Shown: positions 47,401 through 61,589 of the stretch, one piece after another | Layout: each line of letters starts with the position of its first letter | Position numbering within the stretch: the first letter of the stretch is position 1 | From: Glycera tridactyla | Taxonomy: Eukaryota | DNA: 64,000 bases | Direction of reading: 5' to 3' | NCBI GenBank assembly: GCA_965644265.1 | Contig: OZ286465.1 | Coordinates: 76,384,001-76,448,000 of the forward strand | Translations under genes and position numbers: made by a program | Notes under the pieces: model-generated | What the model was told of the DNA's origin: nothing | What the model saw: only the letters and a program-made list of their open reading frames with translations | Databases searched by the model: none

Positions 47401-50400
47401 CGGTCATTGCTCAATTCAAATCTAGCAATCAATCAATCAGTCGCAACCAATCAAGGGACATCCACATATAAAGCGATTGCTTCCCCAACTAATCGATCAG
47501 GAGGAATCGCCAGTACAGTGTCGAGGAACGTGGCTAGGATTGGAATGATCCACGTTCACTTGTACAGATAGCTTGGGAGTATGTTCTCTGTCATTCATTA
47601 CACGTGGGCAATTCCAGACAGCAGTTATGAGTGATTCCCAATGGACAATTCAAACCTGCAAATAGAGGTACTCAATGGATAACATTTTGAATCTGCTCTT
47701 ATTCAGAGGTGTCTCATTAGCCCGAGGAAATGACATAAACACGTTAATTTTCATCTTCACCTCATCGAATTTTCTTCCAGCTATCTGCCAATGGAGTCAA
47801 TGGCATCCTGAAAACTCCTTGTCATCTCCTCCGTCACTCAGCCAGACAGTAAACGAATCGAAGAGGTCAACAATTACGAACAGCGTCCAGAATATGACGG
47901 TTTTTATTTTGAAACAATATGTTCTCGTTCGTTTCTCATCTTGTTTGTTCATGTGTATTTGGCTGTCCCGCATGATGAATGTAATTTCAGGCCTCACATA
48001 TAACTTATCTCACTACATGTGTGGTCATAGCTCATCTTGGAGGAGAAGATATTGGTTAGGGACAACCATCTACCTCACTGAATGTTGAAACATCTTTCTC
48101 AGGTTTCTTCATATAGCTAGTTTTAGCAACACCACTATCTGGTGACCCGACAAAATCAACCAGCCAATGGTCTGTCGTTAATACATGCTTCCAACAGATC
48201 AATTGGTGGTTTTAGTGATTCAGACTCAGGTACAATGGGTCAATATCCCCTCACAAACACAACGATTTTGTATTACTACCATATTATGGTCCGGGTTTGT
48301 TATTCATTCCCGTCGTTCCTGCATTGGATGCAGTACTACCCGTGGGTTGATTGGTGATCCGACTGATTCGGACTTGGATACAGTGGGTTAATTCTTCATT
48401 ACAAACACAATAGTGTTTTGCTGCGATGGGCTGGTAGCATCAGGCCGGTTTAGATTAAGTCTGCTGGCGCCAAGTAAGAGTCTAGAGGATGCTGGTACTA
48501 TCTGCTCCAAAGATGCCAAAATCATCCTTCTTATCGTGTCTAATAAAGGTCAAGTTCCAGCAATAAATGAGGGATTCCTGAAAATACAGATCTCCACGCT
48601 GTTTGATGAACGCTGTGGATCTTGAGTTCATCCCACCGATCGTTGACATAACACTCAGAGATTTTATGGTGGATGTAGGTAAATTAGATCTGGTATTCAA
48701 AGTGTTAATTAGCAACAGAATGAAGCAATTCCATGGCGCACATAGAGGCATCCCATACACCACCTGACCTTTTAAGAGCCGAGAATAAAAACAACATAGT
48801 GGTGTTTAAACTAGGGAGATTGTCTCACATGTAAGGCTCTTCTGTTGCGTTGGTCCCATCCCAAATGACTAGTGGCATATACCACGAATTAATATACCAT
48901 GGTAATTCTCACTATCCCATATCGCAGCCATGTATATAACCCCCGTACACGAACTGCCACCATTCGCCACCGCAATTGTTACTGTTCCTAATATGATATA
49001 GGTATGTCGCATTGATCAATACGACCTATGTATTCTTTAACTAGTGCTATGAAACTTACCTGTGTTCTTTGCCACTTAGGACTCTGTAAGATAGAATTGA
49101 TATTTATGAGACTTTGTTCGCATGAAATCATTCATGTCCCTAATATGATTAAGATACGACCCATCACCTAATACGACGTATATATTCGTTAGCTGGTGGT
49201 ATAAAACTCATCCGTGTCTCTGTCACTGGGTACACTTTGTAAGGTAGAGATCATAATTCGCGGACACTCGGTCTTCCTGAAAATCTTTATAACTTTTCTG
49301 GTGATCCGATAGATCCCATGCTCCAATGATTCCAAGATTGGTATGAAATTGGACTTACATGACCACAAGAGCACTTTCATCATGAGGAAACCTGTTCGGG
49401 CTCATCATATGAATTGCATTTATTTGATTTTGCATCGTGTCTCCTAAACCTTTTGACTCGAGCTCCCATGTAACACTGGAAATTTATTGCTCCATACGTG
49501 TATGTCAGATGTACATGTAACCATTGAAATTCATCAGCTGGCCTGACTGACACATCTGTCCACCGTATGAGGAGAATACGGACCTCATGATTTATTCTCA
49601 GAACACATATTTGCTAGAAATGATATCTACAACCGATTGTATCCCCTCTCACATACGTTATAATCTGCGATATCTGCCATTTCAGAAATACCACCGTAGA
49701 CAGATGTTCAACTCAGGTCAGAGATCAGAAAATGTAAGCAGATATGAGTTATATTACAACCTCGGGATGAAGGGTCATCCAGCTGGGCTCTGAAAATAAT
49801 GGTATCGGGTACATATCATCATGGACAGCAGTTCCACCTATATTTCCATCTATTTCAATTGTTAGACCCAACGCATGTTTTGCATGTGTGAAGTAATTCC
49901 CTACACCACATATCGGATATTTTGACAGGATTCCTCATATCCAGACGGTTGTCTAGATTCGCAAGTGTATTTCGCATGTACTGATATCAGGTTGCAGTGA
50001 TGATGAAGCCACTTTGATCGACTCGTGAGTATCTCTGCTAGAATATGTTTTTGTTGACTTTTAGTGGTATGCGACCACCACTCGACCACAATCTGATCAT
50101 CACAATCGAATGAGTTTGGATTAGCGATTGCCCATTCGTCACAAAGAAAGATTGTTAGAAGAGAGATATGTTTCAGTGATCCTGTTGACTTTTAGGCGAT
50201 TAGAAATCAATTCAACGTTTGTTGGTTCGAGTCTTCGGGTGTTCAATAGATTTCAATTCGCATCGAAGGTACTGTCATATCCTGAAAAGTGCTGATTTTC
50301 CCAGCACTACACTTATAGCTTTCCTGGAGCTAGGTTTGGTTTCGGTAGAGCACTATACTCTACCTGGGATCCGATTTGGAATCCCCATTTTTGTGCTTGT

Positions 50401-52524
50401 ATGTGTATTTTGTCTGGTGGTGAATGATAAGTTTTGGCTGATAGTGGCCTCTTGTTATGATCCGGTCGTTCCATTGACCGATGTTTTCTCTGTTATGGAT
50501 GAGTCGATAGTAACTACCCAAAAGAATATTGAGATATTAGCAATTTACGCAGTGGCCTTTATCACCATCACCATCACCATCACCACCATCATCCACAACA
50601 ATCTGTGGGATAAAAGAGAGACTCGAGACAGTGAGGTGGATTGGCGTATGTCAAGTGACAGTGACATCTAGAGACTGTTTTATTGATGGTGGCGCCGCCT
50701 TGTGTTTGTTCAATTGATCACGCTGTTGTTGGCCCCGCGCCGCCATAGTGGCGTTCTTATCACGATTTCCACTTGGTTGAAGAACTTGAAAGGCCTATTT
50801 CTCGCCGACAGGACAAGGCAAGATGGTCACGTCATATTAACCACTCAAACAAGCTGAAGGAATATGTAAATCACGCCCACACAACGTACACCCCACAGAG
50901 AAGACGCTTAGAAAAGCCGTCTACTTGGCGGATAATGACTGTATCGACACGATCCACCTGCAGTAACCATGGAGATGATATTTCTCATTAGGTAAACGGG
51001 GTAGTCGCGGCTAGAAAACGGACCTAATATTCCATCACGTCCATCTAGTTTGTTTTGCAATACATAATAGACTGGTGGAATATCATAGATTATACCCGAC
51101 ATTCAAGATGCAGCAATATTTGCAAGACTATGCAGGGATACAGATCGCTCGTCATGGTATCTATGCACCATTCACTAGACTATGCATAGCTGAAGTTCAT
51201 TCATAATAGTATCTGAGTAACATCAACCAGACTATATAGAGAAGATCATTCATAATCTAATCAATATTCACTAGACTATGCAGCGATGAATGTCGATCAC
51301 GATTGTTGCTAGACTTTGCAGTGATAATTTTCATTTATAATGGAATTTGGTGACCCATTACTATGAAGAAGTTAGGATAATGGATCTCATCAAATCAGAT
51401 TTGAAGATTCAGTGAGATCCATAAAATGTTGTATGGAGAACCGTGATGTCATCATGTGCGATTGGGATTGTTGATTTTATTCACCTCACTGATCATCAAT
51501 ATGGCTATTTCCAATTGAATCCTGGACTTTGGAAGGTACTACAGGAAATGCAAGATCATATGGTAAAACTTGGTTTATACAGAATGGTTGATTTATGCAC
51601 AGTATCATACGTAGGGGGGATCTGAGAGTGATTTGAGACACTCAAGATAGTTCAGTCGTGCTGCTATATGGACACATAGCTTGCCATAGTACGAATTATG
51701 GAAACTCCAAAAGTGAGTAAAGTCTGTGATGGCGTTACAGAGAGATCGTGCTACTCTTCGTATATCCAGAAAGACATCCTGCAAAGCGAGTCCGATCCAT
51801 CTTCTTGTTGTAATCCCACGGTAGTGTAATAGTCCTATCCATCAGGCTCGTAACAATAACCTTCAGATGTGCCTTGATTGCTCATTTTTTTCTAAGAGAA
51901 AGTTTTAGCCTTTGTAGTCTTTCGAAGCCGTATTCACTGTAACTGGAGACTTCCTGAATCCGTTCACCCAGTGGCTACAGGGCGAGAACTGTTGTCTCTT
52001 TCCCTCTTCGACACCCTTTAACGGAATAGAATGTTACACGTTAGACATTCGAATACAATTTCTTATTGAAATTGGATGTGACAGCTCGAGTAGTGTCCAG
52101 TAGGCGTGGGCATTTTCTGAAAAGGTTCCGCATCTTGTTGTGAGCACTTTAGCTATACCTATACCCCCCGACATTGTTGCCATTATTTGATAGGGACGTG
52201 TCATGATCAAGATGGTTTGGGTTTTCCTTCAAATATTATTCACTTCTCCAAAAGCTTTTTGAATGAATATGATATAGGATTGGTCCGGAGGTATTGGTGA
52301 TATGTGTGTGACTGAGCAGTGTTCCCATGTGTCTAATGTACCGTTGCGACTTATGTATTCATTATTCGTCAAATCAATAATATGTGCACATGTTCATTTT
52401 ATCAACGGGTTAACATGACTAGTTCTTTCCTGCAACTGATGATTCCATGCGACCCATGATGTGACAAAAAGTTATTTTGTGTTCATGTTACTTATGTGTA
52501 TATGTGTGACTACCTTAAAATTGC

Positions 52525-53883
52525 GACTGATGGTTTCATGTGACTAATGTGTTCGTGCGAGTATCGTGTTCATGAGACTTTATTTGTTTATGTGACTAAC
52601 GAGTTCTTGTTACTAACGTATTAATGTGACCGATGGTTTCATGTGACTAATGTGTCCATGCAAGTTTCGTGTTTATGAGACTTTATTTGTTTATGTGACT
52701 AATGAGTTCTTGTTACTAATGTATTAATGTGACTGGTGGTTTCATGTGACTAATGTGTCCATGCGAGTTTCGTGTTCATGAGACTTTATTTGTTTATGTG
52801 ACTGATGAGTTCTTGTTACTAACGTATTAATGTGACTGGTGGTTTCATGTGACTAATGTGTTCGTGCGAGTATCGTGTTCATGAGACTTTATTTGTTTAT
52901 GTGACTAACGAGTTCTTGTTACTAACGTATTAATGTGACCGATGGTTTCATGTGACTAATGTGTTCATGCGAGTATCGTATTCATGAGACTTTATTTGTT
53001 TATGTGACTAATGAGTTCTTGTTACTAATGTATTAATGTGACTGATGTTACATGTGACTAATGTGTTCATGCGAGTATCGTATTCATGAGACTTTATTTG
53101 TTTATGTGACTAATGAGTTCTTGTTACTAATGTATTAATGTGACTGATGTTACATGTGACTAATGTGTTCATGCGAGTATCGTATTCATGAGACTTTATT
53201 TGTTTATGTGACTAATGAGTTCTTGTTACTAATGTATTAATGTGACTGATGTTACATGTGACTAATGTGTTCATGCGAGTATCGTGTTCATGAGACTTTA
53301 TTTGTTTATGTGACTAATGAGTTCTTGTTACTAATGTATTAATGTGACTGATGGTTTCATGTGACTAATGTGTTCATGCGAGTATCGTATTCATGAGACT
53401 TTATTTGTTTATGTGACTGATGAGTTCTTGTTACTAACGTATTAATGTGACTGATGTTACATGTGACTAATGTGTTCATGCGAGTATCGTGTTCATGAGA
53501 CTTTATTTGTCTATGTGACTAATGAGTTCTTGTTACTAATGTATTAATGTGACTGATGGTTTCATGTGACTAATGTGTTCATGCGAGTATCGTATTCATG
53601 AGACTTTATTTGTTTATGTGACTGATGAGTTCTTGTTACTAACGTATTAATGTGACTGATGTTACATGTGACTAATGTGTTCATGCGAGTATCGTGTTCA
53701 TGAGACTTTATTTGTTTATGTGACTAATGAGTTCTTGTTACTAATGTATTAATGTGACTGGTGGTTTCATGTGACTAATGTGTTCATGCGAGTATCGTGT
53801 TCATGAGACTTTATTTGTTTATGTGAATGATGAGTTCTTGTTACTAACGTATTAATGTGACTGGTGGTTTCATGTAACTAATG
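52525..53883 (+). repeat. satellite array, about 13 units of 102/103 bp
   Basis: The GAGACTT anchor occurs at 52574, 52677, 52780, 52883, 52986, 53088, 53190, 53292, 53395, 53497, 53600, 53702 and 53805. Each unit contains ATGTGACT sub-repeats. Confidence 0.98.
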
Positions 53884-54699
53884 GGGTAATTTATCTTCTG
53901 TTGTAGGTGAGTGTACATCAGTTTGAGCGAACAACTTATCTTATCGCATGGTGTGTATATCCGATCCTTCTTTTTCACATTGATATGCAGATATTCTCTC
54001 AGCTCAGAGATGAACAGATGCCATGGATCAGGAAATAGCCTCAATCAAAGATCTTAGTGCAGACATATAGGAGTGATATCGAATACGTAGGCAGATTGTA
54101 ATGACTTCGGCGAAGCTTCTAATTTGGGTAACTCTCAATTATTTAACATAAAGAAATATTGCGAACTGATGCTGAATAGCTTAAAGCAATTTCGGCAGAA
54201 TATCATCGTCATATGCATGTATATCAAAATACTCACCAGATCCTCCACACATAGTGTTTTACCCCTAGGAGGTTTTTCATTACGTTAGGTTTTTATGAGG
54301 TGAGGGATATATGTTATTTCCATTATATGGAATCGATGAATTTGATCTATTTGGCTTATAATTCTGTGCGGTACTGACCATTGCAAACAGGCCTCATATC
54401 AACCTGCCCTTATACTCTGGTGCAATGGCTGATTGATCGATTGACAGACTGGTTGGCTGCTTGGTTGTTTGGTTGATTATGATTGAATGCCTTTGCTAAG
54501 GTTAATTTTTTGATTGATTGATTGGCCGATCGAATGATTGTTTTTTTCTTCGCTTGCTCGCTCGAGGAGCCGACTGACCGACTGATTGTTTGACTGCTTG
54601 GGTGGTTCATGATTGTTTCAAGTGACATCTTTTGACACATGATATTATACCTACCATGCATAGTGTATCCATGAGTGTTACGTGCCTTCTTCGCTATAT

Positions 54700-55070
54700 G
54701 GTTGGCGAGTCAGGTGGTGCCACTTCGCTTCTCAACTGAGCAGCACTGTTTGAAATAGCTAGCACCGCTCCTTCTCGGATAAGTGAGCAACATGGACAAA
54801 GTTCACCTTTCCATACTGGACATGAACCATTACAAATATCTGTATTATTCGCACTTCTCACTAAGGAGGCGCTTTGTGCTGAGGTAACTGAGTGTAACCT
54901 CTTTCCTCCACCCCCTCACTTCACCCAGGTGTGAAGGGGCACATGGGTAGTGATGGTGGAGTGCTTAGCCCATACAGTTGATTTTGTGTTTGTGGTTGTA
55001 TACTCTCTTGGAGATAAAAAGGTTCCGGCATGAACAGGCCCACCGACGGTTGTAATTGTAATATTGGGTG
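54700..55070 (+). pseudogene. decayed DIRS-like RNase H region, copy B
   Basis: Shares exact words with copy A: TCAACTGAGCAGCACTGTTT (22225/54732), TGAGGTAACTGAGTG (22364/54880) and TGAACAGGCCCACC (22523/55031). Confidence 0.6.
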
Positions 55071-58000
55071 AACTTGCTAAGGATACTAGACAGTAAACAA
55101 CTGCATTTACATACTGTGAGCACTACTCTCACAAACACAGATGGTCGAGAGCAAGTGAAGCGGACACTTCTCCAGCTCGTGCACAATCTTTTCCTAGTTA
55201 ACGTGATACGGATGGGCTTGTGTCTGTCATGTCTATGTGATTAACTGTAACCTGAAAGTTGACCAGCGCTGTTTAATGGAGCAATATATCCCGGACCGTT
55301 ATCAGATTCAAGAAATATTGAGGCAATACAGTGCGTTAAGAAAGGTTGCACTGGTCGTATATACTAGCCTATACGTTAAAAATGTGCCCACCGGTGCACA
55401 AATACAAACACTACCACGATCAATGAACACATTTATGATATACATTTATATGCCCTCCAATTTGGGCGGCCATCCCTATGCTCAGCAAACAAAAGTTAGT
55501 TGGCGCTTGGATGATCGGAAGGCTGTTTCACACATCGTAAGATAAATCGTCCACCGCCTGAAAGTCGCGTTTCACAGTTTGAAATATTCATACATTTAGG
55601 AACTTACCCTGTACAATGAATGTCTCACAGATGTTCTCGCCTACTGGGTGGCCCTAATAGATTTCGCGTGTGCTGTTGACTGTGGTGTAAAGACAGGGAC
55701 CTGCTTCACACATATGTAAGTGACGTACGAATTTCATGGATATGTTTCTTTTGTAATGATGATCGAGAATCAGAACGAATGTTTCTATTCGAGTTCATCT
55801 TGGCCGTGCTTTTACCTTTGTGAGGGGCGTCCAGTGTATTGTTGATCTCCCCCCCCCCCCACTACCGATGATGATCAAGACTGCAATGGGGATCCCTCCC
55901 CAAAATGCTCGAGAAGATGATCATTATCATAAAGTTTCTGCAATGACAGGTACAATAGAAAGCTGGGTATTCTCAGAAATAAACTATATGATGCAGTGAA
56001 GATACGGTTGATAGTTGAAAAATTCGTCCAGTGATCATATAGAATATGGTGATGTCCAACGAAAGATAAATCATGTGATTTGTAGAGCAGCCGAAGAATC
56101 GATAGCAATTTATATGACTTCCCCACTGTGAAATAAGTGAAATGAGTAATAGCATATATCATATAGCATCAAACAAATCGGATTTCGATCCGGGTCCTAG
56201 ACTATACCTACTCCTCATATCTCCAGATCGATGACATCTGACATTTCGATAGTTCGAATCAGCTCTCATGTGCATTCAATTGAAGAGCATCAATGATGTG
56301 TGCTACATATACACGGCTCGATCGTCACTCTCTAGGGATTGATACATATTGATGGTGTAGGTATCAACGCGTATACTCTTACATATATCCAACCACCAAA
56401 ACCTCTGTATTGGGGACAATGCTTATCACCCATTCTTAGCTAAAGTAGATTCGCCGGACCTTCCACGATGACTGTGACATTACACACATATATCGTCAGA
56501 TATGATTAGCGGAATACTTAGACTTATTATTGGCGCATCATCCAAGACAGAGGGGCAATCACAATAATGAGGTAGTATGCATTTCAGAAGTCCTTGGATC
56601 TGTATGACAGGACATATGTTTTCGAAGTCCCTGTCTTGCATGATTAGGGTTGGAGATAAGTGTCCGTAGGGTTAGAATTTGGCTTGGGTAGGGTCAGGAT
56701 GAGGCTCAAAATTCGTCATGATCTTACCAAAAACTTCCAGACTATGCAGAATGAACTGGGGACTTCTAGAGTGCATGTACCCCATCAATGATATAGGATT
56801 CCTTTGATATCATATGATGATTAAGTTGATTTAGTATAGGAATCAAACGCTTCGTCATCGTCGATCGGGTCGAATAAATCCCTGAACGTTGCTCTCAAGC
56901 AATGCAGACCGAGACCATAGTGATGCGTTACGGGGCATTCGCTGCTGCTGAGGATACTGCTGCTGCCATGGATGCTGTTGGTATGATGTATAGGAGCGGT
57001 GCCCGAAGGGGCTCTAATTTACCGTTATGCAGCTCATGGTCATGGTCTATACACTCGAGATTTGCGGCCTCGCTACTTGGGTGGGCCAATCATACAATCT
57101 ATACACTCTACTATGGCCTAGAATTGTCTACTATTACTCCATCTAGAACCTTTTCTCCCCCTTTTAAACATAAAAATGCATATTTATTTCATCTCAGTCC
57201 GACCTGCGATCATTCTCAAGACAGATGGATGCAGAAAAGGTTGAAATGTATGTCCATACTCAGGTGACAAAAGCTGTGCGCACGAAGTGGGAGGCTTTTT
57301 ATGTGGGCCACAAGAGCCGTACCACATACGATTCCTCATATCCCAAGTTACCTCATCCGCTGACTCATCACAAGACTGTCTTACAAGTGTACTCTTTCGA
57401 ATTTTTGGATGCTGAAAACGATGATGAATTCATCATCAAGATTTCAACCTACCAATAGCTATGGAACATTTTTACCCTGCTCAAAGATTCATACGCAATA
57501 ACCTTTGACATGATCTATATTTAGATGGCCGTCGAGCAAAAGCTGTCATAGAATTAATATCATGACATTGAATGCCCTCGCATTCACAATGACCCAATAC
57601 CATCGGTACCACTCAAGCTATCTGACTGAGACGCATAATAGGCCATGTCAGAGAAATGGGCAAATCTGAAACTTACTCGAATTCTGAGCAATACCCGACC
57701 GGCTGTGCAAACTACCACCTCTCTCTCTTTCTCCCTCTCTCTTCCTATCTCTANNNNNNNNNNNNNNNNNNNNNNNNNNNNNNNNNNNNNNNNNNNNNNN
57801 NNNNNNNNNNNNNNNNNNNNNNNNNNNNNNNNNNNNNNNNNNNNNNNNNNNNNNNNNNNNNNNNNNNNNNNNNNNNNNNNNNNNNNNNNNNTCTCTGCCC
57901 TCCCCTCTCTCACTCTCACGCTACTCTTTGTAAGACTCACGACTAAAATTCTACCAGAAGTTGTTCGANNNNNNNNNNNNNNNNNNNNNNNNNNNNNNNN

Positions 58001-58999
58001 NNNNNNNNNNNNNNNNNNNNNNNNNNNNNNNNNNNNNNNNNNNNNNNNNNNNNNNNNNNNNNNNNNNNNNNNNNNNNNNNNNNNNNNNNNNNNNNNNNNN
58101 NNNNNNNNNNNNNNNNNNNNNNNNNNNGACCGACTGTCTGTCTGTATGTGTATCTTGGTGTATGTGTGTGTGTGTGTCTGTCTGTCTGTCTGACTCACTC
58201 GATCATTCACCCACCCACACACTCACCCACTCACTCACTCAATCACTCCGCCAGTTGCTGACTATTCCGTGCCGACCACCTCATTCGACCCCAACTTGCC
58301 AATTCTGACTTCCACATACTCCTTTTCCCCTCTCCTTTTTGTTTGTCTACTCGCTCACTGTCTCCCCAATCTCCCACTCAGCTAGATGATTATCACATAG
58401 ACACTCATCTACTCACTCTTGTTCACACTCACTCACTCATTTGTGTTATTTCTCTCAAAACCAACACATCACTTGATGCGCTACACAACACACTCTTTCA
58501 ACATTGGTGGATGAATAGAAGAGTAGTCTTGGGGTGAAATGGTGGGGGCATAGGGCACGTCACTCCGTCAATTAGTTGGAGATTGCAAAGTATATATTAT
58601 GCATAGGGCTACGACAGATCACGAGCAGTGCGTGTTATCACGTGATTCTCCCTGTGTAACGTACACCAACACCAACTTGCAAGCCAACAGGATAGAAACC
58701 ATCGTCATCATCAAAGTCATTTCATGTTCGATTTATCATAAAGAAGCACACGCCCAAAACATGCTTCGGCTTTAACTAATCAATTTTCACCAAACCTTTT
58801 TTTGCAATAACAACAAATATCATATTCAGAAAGAGTGGATCATTATGATATATTTTTCACAATATGCAGATTTATAGAATGAAGTCTGAGCATAGAAATA
58901 CACCAACACTAGTGACACGCGCGATAAAAAGTGATCCCAATGTTTCCGTTGCCTTCTAGTTACCCGTAGCCTGTATTGATTTCAAGAGATATTGATTCT

Positions 59000-59937
59000 A
59001 CTTGAAGGATCGTGTGAGATTCAGTCCTACGACTGCTACTCTGGCAGTAAGGTGATGATCATAGCAGTTTTGCTGACCATAATTCGTGCGTCTGAGCATA
59101 TCTTTCTCATCATTGTGTATTGCTACCAGGCTTGAGTGTCTGCCTTCAGGCAGTTACATACTTGAATATGCCACTGATAACGACCCTAGTCAAGTCCGAA
59201 TTAGCTCCTGATATGGGATACATTTTCGGACAATATACAACATTCCCTGTAGCTGTTCATATGATGAATCATCTCTCAAATGTAGATGGAAGAAGAAGTT
59301 ATCTTTGAAGACAGGTTGCTTTTGTACAGAGTTATTCACATGAAGATTACCATGCTGTTCCCGAATCAGGATGGCCTTTGTACAGGGATGGATCCTCAAG
59401 CGAATCCGACTGTGATGGTAACCTCAACTCATTCAACCTACGTTATAATTACGTTTTCTGATTTGCCAGTTCAAGCTCGTCTTTCCTAGCTATATGATGT
59501 GAATAATAACTTAGGGGACTGTGGAATACATTGGCTGAGGTATCCAGTCACCATTCTGAGTAAGCTGCACCCCCTGGAATTGGTAGAGCACTAGATTGAC
59601 GACATTTTTTCCTTTAATACTGAGTCTTCTAAGTTGGAAGCTCAATTCATATGAATATGTGTGATGGTGCAGGTCAGTGACTAACTGACAGGTCAATTTC
59701 GTAGTCTCATTTGAGCAGAGGTTTGGCTGGTAGTCAAGTGATGAGGCTGGAGATCTGGTATTACTGCTTATAACAGCACTTACCATGTACACTCCCAAAC
59801 CAGTAGTTATGTAAACAGTCAAACCCGCCTGCGAGATCACCCTTGATTCATCAAAAAGTAGTCTCTGTCGATAGGTGGCCTCGGCGGGGATGTTGTTCAC
59901 TGACAAAAACACTGTCATCTTCACGGCTCCGAGTGGT
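59000..59937 (-). pseudogene. decayed Ty3/Gypsy pol (RT to RNase H) relic
   Basis: ATYRQRLLFDESR...TVYITTGLGVY (cf. YxQIPLDEESR..TAFxTxxGLY), FQGVQLTQNG..PQP (cf. FLGHxISxxGIxPDP), and in the next frame QPVF....FHLHLRDDSS...LQGMLY (cf. PVL....FxLxTDAS..LGAVL). Confidence 0.5.
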
Positions 59938-61589
59938 CTTTAAAGGCAGGTGACCTCCATATAAGGGTGGTCTCTCGGACAAATATACCGTATGTTGAAC
60001 CTCAGCCATATTCTGATATCATTTACAAATTATTTTTCGAATTGCTTGATAGATACGAGGTGAGTTGATGCTTGTATTCGGCAGAAAGAAGTGTTGGGGT
60101 CAGGACTATAGGGTTCAAATCTCGGTGAGGATGACTGTTCGACTTTTGAATGCAAATCGACTCGTGAAGTTGAAGAAAAATTCATGCTATTGATGATGGA
60201 CTTTCAACTCAACGGAGAATCGGATCGTTAGATTGAATGTCGTGCTATCAGCCTGCCTGAATGGGATTGTTTTTTCACCACATATCGACCCAGTAAATAG
60301 ATCAATCACTGCATCCATCCTGCTTCGTGTAAGGAGATGGCCAGACCACAGACTATGCCCGCGTTATATATTGTACGCACTAAATACTTAATACATGTAT
60401 GATAGTGCCGTACTGACTAACGCTTCATTGGTTTAGCTGTTCTTGTGTATAACTTGGCCTCCTCATAACAGTGATACCCCGTTTGTATGCACAACAAATC
60501 GGAGCTGACACCACCGTATGCAAATTATTTTCCAATACACCCAAGCAAAGCAACCCCTTTTGATTTTAATAAACAGACAACGCTGTCTGAGAGCCTATGA
60601 ATCAGCTTTACGAATCATCCCTGTAGACATAGAGGAGTGATGTACGTGTTCATAAGCTGTAATTTCCGAACATCTTGCTCATGTGATTATTGTTCTGAAG
60701 CTAAGACTGTGGAGCAACTGGGAACTCAGGCATGCTAAGGGAGGTGGGTAACTCCAATCGTACCTGATTTTGAGATCCACTGCTATTGACTGGGATGAGA
60801 TAGCCAAAAATATGTTAATGAATATGCGCTTAAGGCATACCCGCCAGCTTCTTCAACAAAGTATTGTTCAAAAGTCAGTACATTCTGTCTTCAAGAATAA
60901 ACCAGAAATGACCTGTAAGTATCTTTGAGTCTCTCAAACTTCGACTTGCCGTCATATATCCTTAGGGGGATTCTTATCTTGTTCCTGTCAATTCTGATTA
61001 TATTGGCATCCCAATGCCGCCCAGCTGATACTGAGGGGGTGAACAACAACCCATGTCATAAAGTGAACACGGAAAGTTTAAGGCTTCTGGCATGTCTATC
61101 CATCTAATGGTGCGCCTGTCACCCGTGTTTGCTGAAACTGTAAATCCATTAAGTGAGCCATGATATCTTCCGGTTGGTGACATGCTGATCGTGCCATATG
61201 ATGGATGCCAGGATGCAACAAAAACAAATAAATTGACATCGATCAGAGCTGAATCGCTTGATTACCAGATTGCACCAAACGCCCCGAATTCTGTAACAAC
61301 ATCAGTAACATATCGAATAGCATATCGAAATTGGTTACGTTTACGACGTGGCATACTTATACCTGACTAGATGCACTTAATTAGAGAACGAATTTGATGA
61401 CTTGTGTAGCAAGTAGAAGTATCATGAAGTGTCCTTAAACAGTACTCAAATGCAGATCCGTCAGACATAACCAAATACTCCTAATATCTCAAATTAGCGC
61501 GGTAAACATCTACAGCAAGGAAAATTGTCTGTTACCACAGAGGTATTTTACCAATCCACCTGGTCACTAATGGTGGCAGTGATCAGAAT

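Larger units (their letters stand above)
2520..58127. other. nine N-gaps: 2520-2701, 4330-4548, 6344-6494, 9684-9969, 28030-28213, 31266-31543, 38755-39223, 57754-57891, 57969-58127
   Basis: Read directly. Several abut simple repeats (CTGT/CCAC, GAT, ATTC, CT), suggesting unassembled or masked low-complexity DNA. None lies inside the 9.3-kb LINE. Confidence 0.95.

Noticed and set aside
48482-48763. Gypsy-RT-like YGMPLCAP...DDFGIFG
   Set aside because: Motif spacing is poor; too weak to call as a feature.
51700-52260. RTE-like endonuclease remnant on the minus strand (GGIGIA...)
   Set aside because: Only loose similarity across several broken frames.
52525-53883. Satellite as a CRISPR-like array
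   Set aside because: There are no unique spacers, the units are near-identical throughout, the context is eukaryotic, and no cas genes are present.
57225-57458. GIY-YIG-like AFYVG peptide
   Set aside because: The first GIY/VY-C motif and the conserved Arg spacing are not convincing.
59511-59924. Integrin-alpha calf-domain-like exon
   Set aside because: A Gypsy RT then RNase H motif order across adjacent frames explains it better, and no other integrin exons were found.
60095-60130. B-box-like GGTTCAAATC suggesting a tRNA or SINE (similar words near 29080, 36980, 56250)
   Set aside because: No properly spaced A-box or cloverleaf.
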